Shown: positions 19,294-28,739 of the stretch, piece after piece
Position numbering within the stretch: position 1 is the stretch's first letter
Layout: each line of letters opens with the position of its first letter
Source: Methanoculleus sp.
GTDB taxonomy: Archaea; Halobacteriota; Methanomicrobia; Methanomicrobiales; Methanoculleaceae
Direction: 5' to 3'
Assembly: GCF_030019085.1 (NCBI RefSeq)
Contig: NZ_JASEFJ010000009.1
Location: forward strand, 255 to 64,254
DNA: 64,000 bases
The notes under the pieces: model-generated
The model's input: the letters and a program-made list of their open reading frames with translations, nothing else
Database searches by the model: none
What the model was told of the DNA's origin: nothing
Made by a program: the position numbers and the translations under genes

Positions 19294-20028
19294 ATGGATA
19301 TCAGAGATCGGGAGATCTTCTCAAACCTGACCATCTTCCCCCCGGTTTTCGTCAGGCTCGACGGCCGTGCATTCCACCGACTGGCACGTGCGCTTAACCT
19401 CAAAAAACCGTTTGACCCCTCCTTCAGCGCGAACATGCGGGCGGTCTGCCGTTACCTCCTCACGGATAGCGGGCTCTCCCCGGTCTTTGCATACACCTTC
19501 TCCGACGAGATAAGCCTCTACTTCGATATGCTGCCCTTCTCCGGGCGGGTTGAGAAACTCGATTCCGTGACCGCTGCGGTCGCGGCGAGCAAACTAACGA
19601 TCGAGGTTGGTTGCAGCCAGCCCATTGCGTTCGATGCCCGGACGATCCCGGCAGCCGGAGATTTTGCGATTGAGTATCTCGTTTCGAGACAGAACGAGGC
19701 CTGGCGTAACCACATCAACGCCTACTGCCAGAGCGCGCTGATCGAGGATGGCATGACATCGCGACAGGCTGCCGCGGTGCTCCGGGGGATGCGCTCAGAG
19801 GAGATGCATGAGATGATGTTTGAGCGCGGTCTCAACCTGGCGGTGACGCCCGCCTGGCAGAGGCGCGGGACGCTCATATACCGGGAAGATTGTGTGAAGG
19901 AGGGGTATAACCCGGTGACGGGGGAGACCGTCCTGGCCACGCGGAGGTGTGTCCGGGAACTGGTGGAGACGCCCCTCTTCTCCAGCCCGGAGGGTGAGGC
20001 CCTGATCCGGTCACTCACCGGCGCGTGA
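19294..20028 (+). CDS. thg1: tRNA(His) guanylyltransferase-like protein (Thg1/TLP)
   Basis: 244 aa with N-terminal VRLDGRAFHRL and AYTFSDEISL motifs. Confidence 0.75.
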   Translation: MDIRDREIFSNLTIFPPVFVRLDGRAFHRLARALNLKKPFDPSFSANMRAVCRYLLTDSGLSPVFAYTFSDEISLYFDMLPFSGRVEKLDSVTAAVAASKLTIEVGCSQPIAFDARTIPAAGDFAIEYLVSRQNEAWRNHINAYCQSALIEDGMTSRQAAAVLRGMRSEEMHEMMFERGLNLAVTPAWQRRGTLIYREDCVKEGYNPVTGETVLATRRCVRELVETPLFSSPEGEALIRSLTGA

Positions 20029-23000
20029 GACGCCGATCCGCATCTGCACGCCCTCCACGTCCCAGGTCTTCTCAAGGCTGAACGTCTCTTCTGCGGGCCG
20101 GTTGCTATCGCCGTGGTGGATGCTTAGACCGGTCGCGCGCACCTCGCCGGCTATCTCCTTCTGCCACCTCTCGTCCTCTATGAGCGATGCCACCCGGTCG
20201 TCGGCGACACTTACGTCCGCGACGATGAACTCGTCGACGTTGAGGTTAAGCTGGCGTCGCATCTCCTGGATACGCCGGATAACCTCGCGGGCGTATCCTT
20301 CGGCCTCGAGGTCAGGTGTGAGGTTGACATCGACGTAGACCGTGGCGTCTTTCATGGGGGCGGCAAAGACGCCGTTCGGCAGGGATTCCGAGAAGGTGAC
20401 GTGGCGCGCCTCGATCTCGTAGCCGTCGAGCCTGGCCTTTCCGTCCCGCTCAATGGCGTTCTTCAGCGCGGTGCCGTCAGCCTGCTCTATCAGTGCTTTG
20501 ACCCTCGGCGCCTCTTTCCCGAACTCCGGGCCGATGGCTCGCATAACAGGTTCGGCTTTCCAGAGGATTCGATCCCACGTTCCGGTGACAACCCGGAGGG
20601 AGCGGCTGTTGGCCCTGGTCCTGGCGAGTTCGTTCAACTCCTTAATGGCCGCCTTAATCTCTTCTCTTTCTGTGACGACCACCGTCTCAGCGACCGGCCA
20701 GCGGAGTTTCCGTCTCCCTGCCTGTCGGGCGGTGGCCACCGCGTCATCGAACGACCGGACGATCTCCATGGCGGACTCAAGCCCCTGATCGATGAGGTGC
20801 TCGTCTGCTACCGGCCAGTCGAGCATATGGACGCTCTCAGGGTCGCTATCCAGGCGCAGGTTCCAGTAGATCTCCTCCGTGATATGGGGGACAAACGGTG
20901 CAAGGAGCGCGACCAGGCGGCGCAGGACGTAGTAAAAGGTCTCGTAGGCGTAAAGTTTCTCTGGTGTGTCTTCTTCCAGCCACATCCGGGGTCGGACGAT
21001 CTGCACGTACCAGCGGGAGAGATCCTCCAGGATGAAGGTGGCGAGTGCCCGTGTCACCTTATGGAGGTTATAGTCCTGCATCTCCGTCGTGGTAGTCCTG
21101 ACAAGCGAGTTTACGCGGGAGAGGATCCAGCGGTCTTCGTCTGGCATATTGTTGATATTGGCACGGACGAATGTCCCGTCCCACGGTTCGCCATAGGTGT
21201 ATGCCGGGCTGAAGATGTCCAGTTCCATGTAGGTGAACGGGAACCGGTAGACGTTCCAGAGGATGTTGAGCGTCCGGTGTATGGTCTTCACGCTGTCCCA
21301 GTTGAACTTCAGGTCGTCCCAGGGGGCGTTTGCCCAGAGGACGTAGAACCGGAGAACATCGACGCCGAACTGCTTAATGACCTCTTCCGGGGTCACAACG
21401 TTCCCGAAACTCTTGCTCATCTTGCGGCCTTCGGCATCGAGTGCGAACCCGTGCATCAGGACACTCTTGTAAGGTGCGCGGCCAAACGCCACGGTGCTTG
21501 CGCCGAGCTGGGAGTAGAACCAGCCCCGGGTCTGGTCCTGGCCCTCGGTGATGAAGTCCGCCGGCCAGTAACGCTCGAAGTTCTCACGCTCGCGGGGGAA
21601 CCGGAGGGTCGCCCAGGAGGCGACCGCCGAGTCGAACCAGACGTCAAATATATCGACAACCCGGTGCATCTCGCCGCCGCAGGTGCACGGGATGGTAATC
21701 TCGTCGACGTAGGGCCGGTGGGGGTCAGTGACCTCCTTTCCCGACCGCTCCTCGAGTTCAGCGATGGTGCCGATGACGATGTAATTTCCACACCGCTCGC
21801 ACTGCCAGATGGGGATCGGGATACCCCAGTAGCGCTGTCGGGAGATGCACCAGTCGCGCGAATCTTTGACGAAGTCGTGGAACCTGGCGCTCCCCGCCCA
21901 TGGGGGATACCACTTCACCCCGGCGATCTCCTCGAGCATTTCATCGCGGATCTCCGTGGCCTTCAGGAACCACTGCGCTGTTGCGCGGTAGATAATGGGG
22001 GTCTTGCACCTCCAGCAGTGACCGTATCGGTGGGTGATCGACTTTCGGGCGAGCAAGGAGCTGCCGAGCGCTTCGATGATTATATCGTTTGCGTCCCGGA
22101 CGTACATATCCGCGAAAACCCCCGCCTCGGGGGTGAAACAGCCCCCGGCATCGGCAGGACAGAAGATTTCAAGCCCTTCCCGGATGCCGATCAGGTAGTC
22201 GTCCCACCCGTGCCCGGGTGCGATGTGGACGAGACCGGTGTTCTCGAGTTCGACAAAATCAGCGGCGACGACACGATGCTGGATCTCGGCCTGGTGGGGG
22301 ACTTCCCTTGCGAGCGGGGAGGTGTACTCTGTTCCGATGAGTTCGGTCCCGCTATGGCGCTCAAGAACGTTGTAACTCTGGTAGCGCCCCATTTTAAGGA
22401 CGGACTCGACGAGGTCGTCGGCGATCCAGAGTATCTCCTCCTGTCCGTCCTTCTTTGCCGCCACACGCGCGTAGGTGAACGCAGGGTTGACCGCCACCGC
22501 AACGTTCGCCGGCAACGTCCAGGGTGTGGTTGTCCAGATGACCAGGTATTCCTTCTCGCGCCCGGCGACCGGGAACTTGACAAAAATGGAGGGATCGGTC
22601 TCGTCCCAGTACTCAACCTCGGAGTCGGCGATCGCTGTCTCGCAACGGGGGCACCAGTTCACGACACGGTGCCCGCGTTCCAGGAGTCCGCGTTCATCCG
22701 CCCGCTGGATTGTCCACCAGGCGGACTCGATGTACTCTTTCTTGATGGTCTGGTAGGGGTCATCAAAGTCGAGCCAGACGCCAAGCATGCGGAACTGTTC
22801 GCTCATGATCACCATGTGAGTCACCGCAAACGTCCGGCACCGCTCGATGAACGCGGCGATTCCGTAATCCTCGATATCCTTCTTGGAGGTGAACCCGAGC
22901 TGGTGCTCCACCTTCACCTCGATCGGGAGACCGTGCATGTCGTAGCCTGCCCGCTCGATGACGTTTTTGCCCTGCATCCGGTGGTAGCGGAGGATGGTGT

Positions 23001-23193
23001 CTTTTATGATCTTGTTCCAGGCGGTGCCGAGATGGATGTTGCCGGTGGTGTAGGGCGGCCCGTCGACGAAAAAGAACGCATCTCCATCCTTTCGCATCTC
23101 CCGGACGCGTGGATAGATCTTCTCCCGTCTCCAGTAATCCTGGACATCTGCCTCGATCTCCTGCGGGTTATAACTGCCGGTGATCTCTTTCAC
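20011..23193 (-). CDS. ileS: Isoleucine--tRNA ligase
   Basis: 1060 aa with the HIGH-type motif PPYTTGNIHLGT, KMSKS (GRKMSKSFGN) and editing-domain length. GTG start. Confidence 0.95.
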   Translation of the reverse strand: MKEITGSYNPQEIEADVQDYWRREKIYPRVREMRKDGDAFFFVDGPPYTTGNIHLGTAWNKIIKDTILRYHRMQGKNVIERAGYDMHGLPIEVKVEHQLGFTSKKDIEDYGIAAFIERCRTFAVTHMVIMSEQFRMLGVWLDFDDPYQTIKKEYIESAWWTIQRADERGLLERGHRVVNWCPRCETAIADSEVEYWDETDPSIFVKFPVAGREKEYLVIWTTTPWTLPANVAVAVNPAFTYARVAAKKDGQEEILWIADDLVESVLKMGRYQSYNVLERHSGTELIGTEYTSPLAREVPHQAEIQHRVVAADFVELENTGLVHIAPGHGWDDYLIGIREGLEIFCPADAGGCFTPEAGVFADMYVRDANDIIIEALGSSLLARKSITHRYGHCWRCKTPIIYRATAQWFLKATEIRDEMLEEIAGVKWYPPWAGSARFHDFVKDSRDWCISRQRYWGIPIPIWQCERCGNYIVIGTIAELEERSGKEVTDPHRPYVDEITIPCTCGGEMHRVVDIFDVWFDSAVASWATLRFPRERENFERYWPADFITEGQDQTRGWFYSQLGASTVAFGRAPYKSVLMHGFALDAEGRKMSKSFGNVVTPEEVIKQFGVDVLRFYVLWANAPWDDLKFNWDSVKTIHRTLNILWNVYRFPFTYMELDIFSPAYTYGEPWDGTFVRANINNMPDEDRWILSRVNSLVRTTTTEMQDYNLHKVTRALATFILEDLSRWYVQIVRPRMWLEEDTPEKLYAYETFYYVLRRLVALLAPFVPHITEEIYWNLRLDSDPESVHMLDWPVADEHLIDQGLESAMEIVRSFDDAVATARQAGRRKLRWPVAETVVVTEREEIKAAIKELNELARTRANSRSLRVVTGTWDRILWKAEPVMRAIGPEFGKEAPRVKALIEQADGTALKNAIERDGKARLDGYEIEARHVTFSESLPNGVFAAPMKDATVYVDVNLTPDLEAEGYAREVIRRIQEMRRQLNLNVDEFIVADVSVADDRVASLIEDERWQKEIAGEVRATGLSIHHGDSNRPAEETFSLEKTWDVEGVQMRIGVSRAGE

Positions 23194-23410
23194 CTCGTAT
23201 CCCTCATGGTCAGCACTCTGGTGTACCTTTTGTCCCTGATGGGTGAAAGCGTTTTGCGCGACTGGGCGCCGGGGCGGGGCTTGAGCCTCCTGCCTGCGAG
23301 TGGAGAAGAGATACGGGGGATCTCAGCGAGAACGAAGAGACGATTCTCACTTCCTGTCGCTGGATTCTGTCTCTGTCTGTTTCCAGGACGGTGTCTCCAC
23401 CCTCTGGTTA

Positions 23411-23597
23411 CCCCCCGCCCCCTCAAGGAGGCGGGCAGTGCGTGGTGATTGGCCCTGAAGGCCGTGCATGGGGGACGGAGACGGGGTATTGGAGAAGGTT
23501 TCTATGGGAACGTGGTGGAATCTCCTCCCGGACACCGTACAGCTGGAGAATCGCCCCATCCGGGGAGGGGCTGACGCGGCGTCCCCTTCCCCTGTCC
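23411..23597 (-). repeat. GC-rich intergenic repeat module, copy R1 (minus orientation)
   Basis: Minus-strand blocks are GGCGATT (23555-23549), TCCGGGAG (23532-23525), GCACGGC (23467-23461) and CCAATCACC (23452-23444). They occur in the same order as in copies R2 and R3. Confidence 0.6.
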
Positions 23598-23661
23598 ATT
23601 CAGGTCTCCAGGAATACGGCCTTTCGTCGACCAACACCACACCCCCCCTTTACTCACCGCC

Positions 23662-23670
23662 TTTTTTTAT
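23662..23670 (+). promoter_or_regulatory. Putative TATA box for the TIGR00725-like gene (leaderless)
   Basis: TTTTTTTAT is centred about 28 nt upstream of the ATG at 23694. Confidence 0.4.
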
Positions 23671-23693
23671 CCCTCCGGCCAGAAGACTTCTCC

Positions 23694-24176
23694 ATGCAGA
23701 TCGCAGTCATCGGGAGAGGAGATTGCTCCGCGGAGGAGTACGAAACGGCAATGACCGCAGGTCACTTAATCGCCGGCAACTGCGGGACCGTCTGTTGCGG
23801 CGGGCTTGGAGGGGTGATGGAGGCCGCCTGCAGAGGGGCAAAAGAGGCCGGCGGGACGACGGTGGGGATACTCCCGGACACCGGGGATGGGAACCCATAC
23901 CTCGATCTGGTCATCCGCACCGGGATGGGGCAGGCGAGGAACGTCATCCTTGTCAACTCGGCCGACTCGGTGATCGCCGTCGGCGGGGGCTACGGCACCC
24001 TCTCGGAGATCGCCATCGCCCTCAAGACGGGGAAACCGGTTTTCGGGCTTAGCACCTGGAATATTGAGGGGGTGTTTGCCTGCTCCAGACCTGAAGAAGC
24101 GGTCAACCTCGCAGTTCGCGCAGCACGCCAGTCTCAGCGGTCTCGTAACCCCCCAGATCGCGGAGGATCTGTTTGA
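23694..24176 (+). CDS. TIGR00725/LOG-like Rossmann-fold protein
   Basis: C-terminal 161 aa of the 261-aa ORF, starting at MQIAVIGRG. Motifs CGGLGGVMEAA and VGGGYGTLSEIA. The upstream part of the ORF is repeat/spacer DNA. Confidence 0.65.
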   Translation: MQIAVIGRGDCSAEEYETAMTAGHLIAGNCGTVCCGGLGGVMEAACRGAKEAGGTTVGILPDTGDGNPYLDLVIRTGMGQARNVILVNSADSVIAVGGGYGTLSEIAIALKTGKPVFGLSTWNIEGVFACSRPEEAVNLAVRAARQSQRSRNPPDRGGSV

Positions 24177-25962
24177 ACGTCTCCGAGGAGACCGTCTCCA
24201 TCAGGGCCGCGACCCGCGGGTCGTCGAGCATCTCACGGTGCATCGCAAGTTCGTAGCGCTCCGTTGCCACCGGCACAAAAGCCAGGTCAAGCGCCTTTGC
24301 GGCACTGTAGACGCCCATCCCGGCATCCGCCTCCCCCGTCCTCACGGCCAGCGCCACCGCAAGGTGCGTCGTAACCTCGCGGTCGTAGCCGGGGATGGAG
24401 GCCGGATCAATGCCCCGCTCTGCCAGATGGTAGTCCAGGAGCACCCGCGTTCCCGACCCCTTCTGCCGGTTGACAAACCGCCGCCCCGGCAGGTCATCAA
24501 ACCCCAGACCCTCACGGGAGATGACTCCCTGCTGGCGTTCCGCCACGCAGAGGAGCACGAGGTCGGCGTCAGGGACGTAGCGCCTCAGGTAATGGGTGTT
24601 GTATGTGCCGTCGGGGGCGAGGAGGTGCATCGGTGCAGCGTGACACTCGCGTTTCTTCAGGGCGATCACGCCGCCCATGCTCCCGACGTGGGTGGAGTGG
24701 AGATCGACGCCACGCGGCCGGGCAAGGTCGGCAAGGTGATCGAGTGATGGATCGTGGCTCCCGGTTATGAGCACCGCCTCCTCCGCTTCCGCCCGCGGAA
24801 CGGTCAGCATGACGTCCACCATCTCCCCCGCCTCGACACCTTCCTTCGGTGCCGGGATCTGCATGTAGCCGTTCGCCCGCACCGCGCTCATCTGGATCCC
24901 TGCGCCCCGGGATTGCGGGACCGCAACCCAGCGATCCCCGACTCTCCCTACCGAGAGGAGGACGAACTCGTCCGTCCCGATATCCGAGTGGAGACTCGTT
25001 GTCAACCGGGCGGTAAGACCTTCCGGCCTGGGGACGGGTAGACCGTATCGTGCGACGAGCGGCATAACGATCTCGCGCATCACCGTCGTCGCAGCCAGCG
25101 GGTAGCCCGGGAGCCCGATCACCGGTTTATCCCCTACTCTGCCGATGATCACCGGTTTCCCCGGTTTGATGGCCACACCGTGTGCGAGCACCTCTCCGAG
25201 ATCCTGGATGACGTCGGCGGTGTAGTCCCGCGTCCCGGCCGACGACCCCGCAGATACGAGCAGGATATCGTTCTCCTCGACGCCACGCCTGACAGCGTCC
25301 TTTATGGCGTTGTAGTCGTCCAGGACGATGGGGTAACGGAAGGCCTCCACCCCTGCCCCGGCGAGGATGGCAGCGGCGAGGAGCGTGTTGCTCTCGATGA
25401 CCTTCCCGGGCGGTGGCATACTGCCGGGGGGCACGAGTTCGCTCCCGGTGGGGATCAGCCCTGCCCGCAGGTGTTTGACCGCAACCTCGGTCACGCCGTA
25501 GTTTGCAAGTGCTCCGAGTTCGTGTGGCCGTATCCGGTGTCCCCGCGGGAGGATCATCTCCGATTCGGCTATATCCTCGCCGACCGGGCGGATGTGCTGC
25601 CAGGGGCTGACTGGTTTACGGATGGTGTAGGTCTCCCCCTCGACCCAGACATCCTCGATCATTATCACAGCGTCGTATCCGGGCGGGACTATGTTGCCAG
25701 TGTTGACCGGCACAGCATCCGGGAGGGTCACCGGGTGCTGCTCGCTGGCCCCGACTGTATCGGCACTCCTGACCGCTATCCCGTCCATCGCCGAGATATG
25801 AATCGCGGGGACCGAGAACCTGGCGAATATGGGTTCGGCGGTGACCCGGCCTATCAGTTCCGTTCCCACAGGTGCCCGGACAACCCGTGGAACGGCCTGA
25901 AACGACCTTTCCACCAGCGCCCGCGCCTCTTCAAGGGATATGACCGAGAGGTAGCGTCTCAC
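24103..25962 (-). CDS. moeA: MoeA-type molybdopterin molybdotransferase fused to a C-terminal periplasmic-binding-protein-like domain
   Basis: 619 aa. The N-terminal ~400 aa match the MoeA pattern (ISAMDGIAV, SAGSSAGTRDY, GLPGYP). The ~200-aa C-terminal domain is PBP-like. Confidence 0.8.
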   Translation of the reverse strand: MRRYLSVISLEEARALVERSFQAVPRVVRAPVGTELIGRVTAEPIFARFSVPAIHISAMDGIAVRSADTVGASEQHPVTLPDAVPVNTGNIVPPGYDAVIMIEDVWVEGETYTIRKPVSPWQHIRPVGEDIAESEMILPRGHRIRPHELGALANYGVTEVAVKHLRAGLIPTGSELVPPGSMPPPGKVIESNTLLAAAILAGAGVEAFRYPIVLDDYNAIKDAVRRGVEENDILLVSAGSSAGTRDYTADVIQDLGEVLAHGVAIKPGKPVIIGRVGDKPVIGLPGYPLAATTVMREIVMPLVARYGLPVPRPEGLTARLTTSLHSDIGTDEFVLLSVGRVGDRWVAVPQSRGAGIQMSAVRANGYMQIPAPKEGVEAGEMVDVMLTVPRAEAEEAVLITGSHDPSLDHLADLARPRGVDLHSTHVGSMGGVIALKKRECHAAPMHLLAPDGTYNTHYLRRYVPDADLVLLCVAERQQGVISREGLGFDDLPGRRFVNRQKGSGTRVLLDYHLAERGIDPASIPGYDREVTTHLAVALAVRTGEADAGMGVYSAAKALDLAFVPVATERYELAMHREMLDDPRVAALMETVSSETFKQILRDLGGYETAETGVLRELRG

Positions 25963-27161
25963 CAGAGGATCACCTCGACCTCCTCGCCGACCTCAAGCCC
26001 CTCGCTCGACGCCGGGATCCGCACCAGCCCCTCGCTCTGCACCAGGGTGTTGAGGAGCCCTGACTTCCCGAAGATCGGCGTCGCCATGCCGTCATCAAGG
26101 CTGACCCGGACGTAGTCCTCCCTCCCCCGCGCGGATGGGATGTTCTGCGTCAACCTGGCCCGGACGGTTCGGCGGGTGACGGTGGTCTGTCGCATGCCTG
26201 CAATCAGATGATCCACGATGGCGACGAGCACAACGAATGTTGATGCCGGGTGCCCCGGCAGCCCTATGACCGGTCTTCCCCCTGCCGTCCCTATGATGGT
26301 TGGTTTCCCGGGGGCAAGGGCGATCCCGTGCACCAGCACCTCGCCGAGTTCCGCGACGACCGCAGCGGTGTTGTCCCTCTCATCCTTTGACGACCCGCCG
26401 GAGATCAGGACGGCGTCGCACCGCTCAAGTGCCGCCGTGACCGCCTGCTTCAACGCCGCACGGTCGTCCCTGACGATCCCGAAGTATACCGGCTGACAGC
26501 CACGCTCCGTTACAAACGCGCCCGCAAGGTATGAGTTTGCGTCCCGCACTTGCCCGGGTTCCGGCGTCGTTGTAATGGGGACGACCTCGTTCCCGGTGGA
26601 TATGATCCCGATCGTCGGCCTCATAACCACGCTTACCCTGTCTGCCCCGACCGCCGCGGCGACGCCGATCTCCCTCGGCGTGAGGACGCGGCCACGCTCC
26701 AGGACAACCTCCCCCGCTCTGAAATCCTCCCCCCGGAAGATCACGTTCTCGCCGGGCGCCACGGGCCGGTGAACCAGGAGATCGTCACCGAGCTCTTCGG
26801 CGTTCTCGATCATCACAACCGCGTTTGCACCCGCCGGGAGTGCGCCACCGGTCGGGACGTAGCGGCACGACCCCGGGGAGATGCACCCGGGATCGGTGCT
26901 CCCCATACTGACCCTTCCCAGGCACTGGAGCATCGCCGGTATGGCTTCGGAGGCTCCGATTGTATCGGCCGCGGTGACCGCGTAGCCGTCGACTGTTGAG
27001 CGGTCAAACCCCGGAACATCGATATCGGCGCATACGTCTTTTGCAAGCACGCGGTGGAGCGCATCCTCAAGCGGAACGTCCTCGCAGCCCGCCGGAGGAG
27101 CGATCCTGCGAACCGTCTCCACGGCCGTATCGACGGATACGACCTCAAGAAAGAGGCTCAT
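25959..27161 (-). CDS. moeA: Molybdopterin molybdotransferase MoeA
   Basis: Trimmed to MSLFLEVVSVD. Motifs STVDGYAV, SGGSSKDERD and GLPGHP. Has a 4-nt overlap with the downstream moeA paralog. Confidence 0.85.
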   Translation of the reverse strand: MSLFLEVVSVDTAVETVRRIAPPAGCEDVPLEDALHRVLAKDVCADIDVPGFDRSTVDGYAVTAADTIGASEAIPAMLQCLGRVSMGSTDPGCISPGSCRYVPTGGALPAGANAVVMIENAEELGDDLLVHRPVAPGENVIFRGEDFRAGEVVLERGRVLTPREIGVAAAVGADRVSVVMRPTIGIISTGNEVVPITTTPEPGQVRDANSYLAGAFVTERGCQPVYFGIVRDDRAALKQAVTAALERCDAVLISGGSSKDERDNTAAVVAELGEVLVHGIALAPGKPTIIGTAGGRPVIGLPGHPASTFVVLVAIVDHLIAGMRQTTVTRRTVRARLTQNIPSARGREDYVRVSLDDGMATPIFGKSGLLNTLVQSEGLVRIPASSEGLEVGEEVEVILW

Positions 27162-27364
27162 CTGAAGCAGCCCAACTGGCACCCTCGGATCTTTATTCTC
27201 GGTTCGTGCTGGTTGCAATAGCGCGCGATATCCATCTTTGGTATGTTGTATCTCTCGGCTATCTCGAAGGCCTGTGGACAGGTGATCTCGTCTGTTATAC
27301 CGTAGGCCTCGAATGCTCTCCGTACAGCTTCCTCATCCATGGTACCCAGATCGTTTGCCTGCAT
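27158..27364 (-). CDS. Small Cys-containing protein leading the moeA operon (hypothetical)
   Basis: C-terminal 68 aa of the 110-aa ORF: MQANDLGTMDEEAVRRAFEAYGITDEITCPQAFEIAERYNIPKMDIARYCNQHEPRIKIRGCQLGCFR. The stop abuts the moeA start. The start could instead be 27340. Confidence 0.4.
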   Translation of the reverse strand: MQANDLGTMDEEAVRRAFEAYGITDEITCPQAFEIAERYNIPKMDIARYCNQHEPRIKIRGCQLGCFR

Positions 27365-27425
27365 GAAGATAGGATTTACTACGCGGGCACTACCATTTAG
27401 CACCTCCACAACCCAGATATCTCCG

Positions 27426-28739
27426 ATGCAGATCACGCTGGTAAACTCAAAACAGGACACTGCAGGAGTTAACATAAGGAACAATCTCAAGAATCTGCTT
27501 GAATCCGGCGGGCACTGGCCGCTTGCGGAGGCTCACGACCTGGACCTCCTGGAGGTCGATGGCCGGTTGATCCACCAGGACGGGATCGACGCCGGGATCG
27601 GTGCCGACCTGATCATCTTTATCTCCCGGCACTCGAGCGTCCGACCGATGCCCGCCCTCACGGTTCATGTGACCGGGAACTACGGGCGTGCAGACCTTGG
27701 CGGGGAACCCGGCCACCTCGCCCCTGCGGCCACGGCATGGATGCACGCCGTACTCCGGAACCTTGATGCCCGCGCTCCGCCGGGCTACCGTGTCTCCTAC
27801 GAGGTTACGCACCACGGCCCGACAGAACTCTCAACCCCCTCGTTCTTCGTCGAGATAGGGTCTGCGGCCACAGAGTGGGCCGACCCCGTTGCCGGGCGTG
27901 CGGTGGCAGAGAGCATACTCTCCGCCGTGCCGGAAGAGACTATCAACCTGATCGGGTTCGGGGGAACGCACTACGCCGTCCGGCAGACCGGGATCGCCCT
28001 CTCATCCCGCGCCGCTTTTGGCCACATCGTGCCGGGCCGCGAGATCGATGCCGTTGATGCGGCCACCCTCCATAGGATGCGGGACGCAAGCGGTGCGGTG
28101 GCAGCCTACATCGACAGAAAATCGGTATCCACCGATCAGGGCGAGCGGATCGAACGGATGCTTGCCAGCGCCGGTCTTCCCCTCCTCACCGAGTCTGAGA
28201 TCCTTGAGGCCTCGCGCCTCGCGTGGTCAACCTACCTCGAGGTCAGGGGTCTCGCTGAAGAGATCGCCAGGGGCTCACGCGTTCACATCCACAACATGAG
28301 AGGTGAAGGGAGGCCTGTTGCGATTCAGGTTGCCCCGGAACTGGTCAGAGAGGCACTCAAATCCAGCAGATCGGGTTTTCTTGAGGCGCTTGAGGGATTA
28401 CCCCTTGCCCATATCTCGCAGGGCTCAACAGAGGTCTCATCAACGTTCATCTGTTTTGAGCACGATTCGTCCCGACTCGCAAGTGATATAACTACCCAGT
28501 GTATAAAACTCCTACTTATCTGTGAGAATGCTGTTATCGAGGGTGATCACCTCGTCCTCCGCAAGGTGCGGTTTGACCCTGAGAAGGCGCGCAGGCAGGG
28601 GGTGCCAGAGGGGCCGCTTTATGCCAGGCTTGCCGGTGGAGAAGCGGTTGAGATCGAGGGGCGGAGGATCACGCCCGATACGGTGCAGACAACCAGCGTG
28701 AAACGGATATACATCCCGGGATTGGAGAGATACTTATGA
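27426..28739 (+). CDS. dtdA: D-aminoacyl-tRNA deacylase DtdA, long form
   Basis: Trimmed to [14 protein letters not shown]. Motifs ISRHSS, VTHHGP and GGTHY belong to the archaeal DtdA family. It carries about 160 extra C-terminal residues. Confidence 0.75.
   Translation: MQITLVNSKQDTAGVNIRNNLKNLLESGGHWPLAEAHDLDLLEVDGRLIHQDGIDAGIGADLIIFISRHSSVRPMPALTVHVTGNYGRADLGGEPGHLAPAATAWMHAVLRNLDARAPPGYRVSYEVTHHGPTELSTPSFFVEIGSAATEWADPVAGRAVAESILSAVPEETINLIGFGGTHYAVRQTGIALSSRAAFGHIVPGREIDAVDAATLHRMRDASGAVAAYIDRKSVSTDQGERIERMLASAGLPLLTESEILEASRLAWSTYLEVRGLAEEIARGSRVHIHNMRGEGRPVAIQVAPELVREALKSSRSGFLEALEGLPLAHISQGSTEVSSTFICFEHDSSRLASDITTQCIKLLLICENAVIEGDHLVLRKVRFDPEKARRQGVPEGPLYARLAGGEAVEIEGRRITPDTVQTTSVKRIYIPGLERYL

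Noticed and set aside
20401-23448. 1015-aa stop-free ORF antisense to the whole of ileS (tempting in view of sense/antisense aaRS hypotheses)
   Set aside because: Its codons are exactly in register with the ileS codons (20401-20011 = 390 nt). A stop can therefore arise only where ileS uses TTA, CTA or TCA, which are rare in this GC-rich genome. The product is Arg/Pro/Gly/Asp-rich low-complexity sequence with no motifs. It is a codon-usage artefact.
23347-23640. ORFs inside the long GC-rich spacers (23347-23640 minus, 23190-23426 minus, 39342-39731 plus, 55048-55437 minus, 55081-55509 plus, 55230-55532 plus)
   Set aside because: Their translations are Pro/Arg/Gly/Ser-rich and do not look protein-like. 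The similarity between the loci lies at the nucleotide level and is not frame-consistent. They are best explained as noncoding repeats.
23194-23693. SRP (7S) RNA or RNase P RNA in the 500-nt spacer
   Set aside because: I searched both strands by eye for GAGGAAAGTCC-type (RNase P CR-I) and CCGGAAGG/GGAAGCAGC-type (SRP helix 8) motifs and found none.
27365-27490. N-terminal 42 codons of the 110-aa ORF 27158-27490
   Set aside because: This part would overlap the divergent dtdA start at 27426. The sequence ([16 protein letters not shown]...) lacks support, so the ORF was trimmed to an internal Met.
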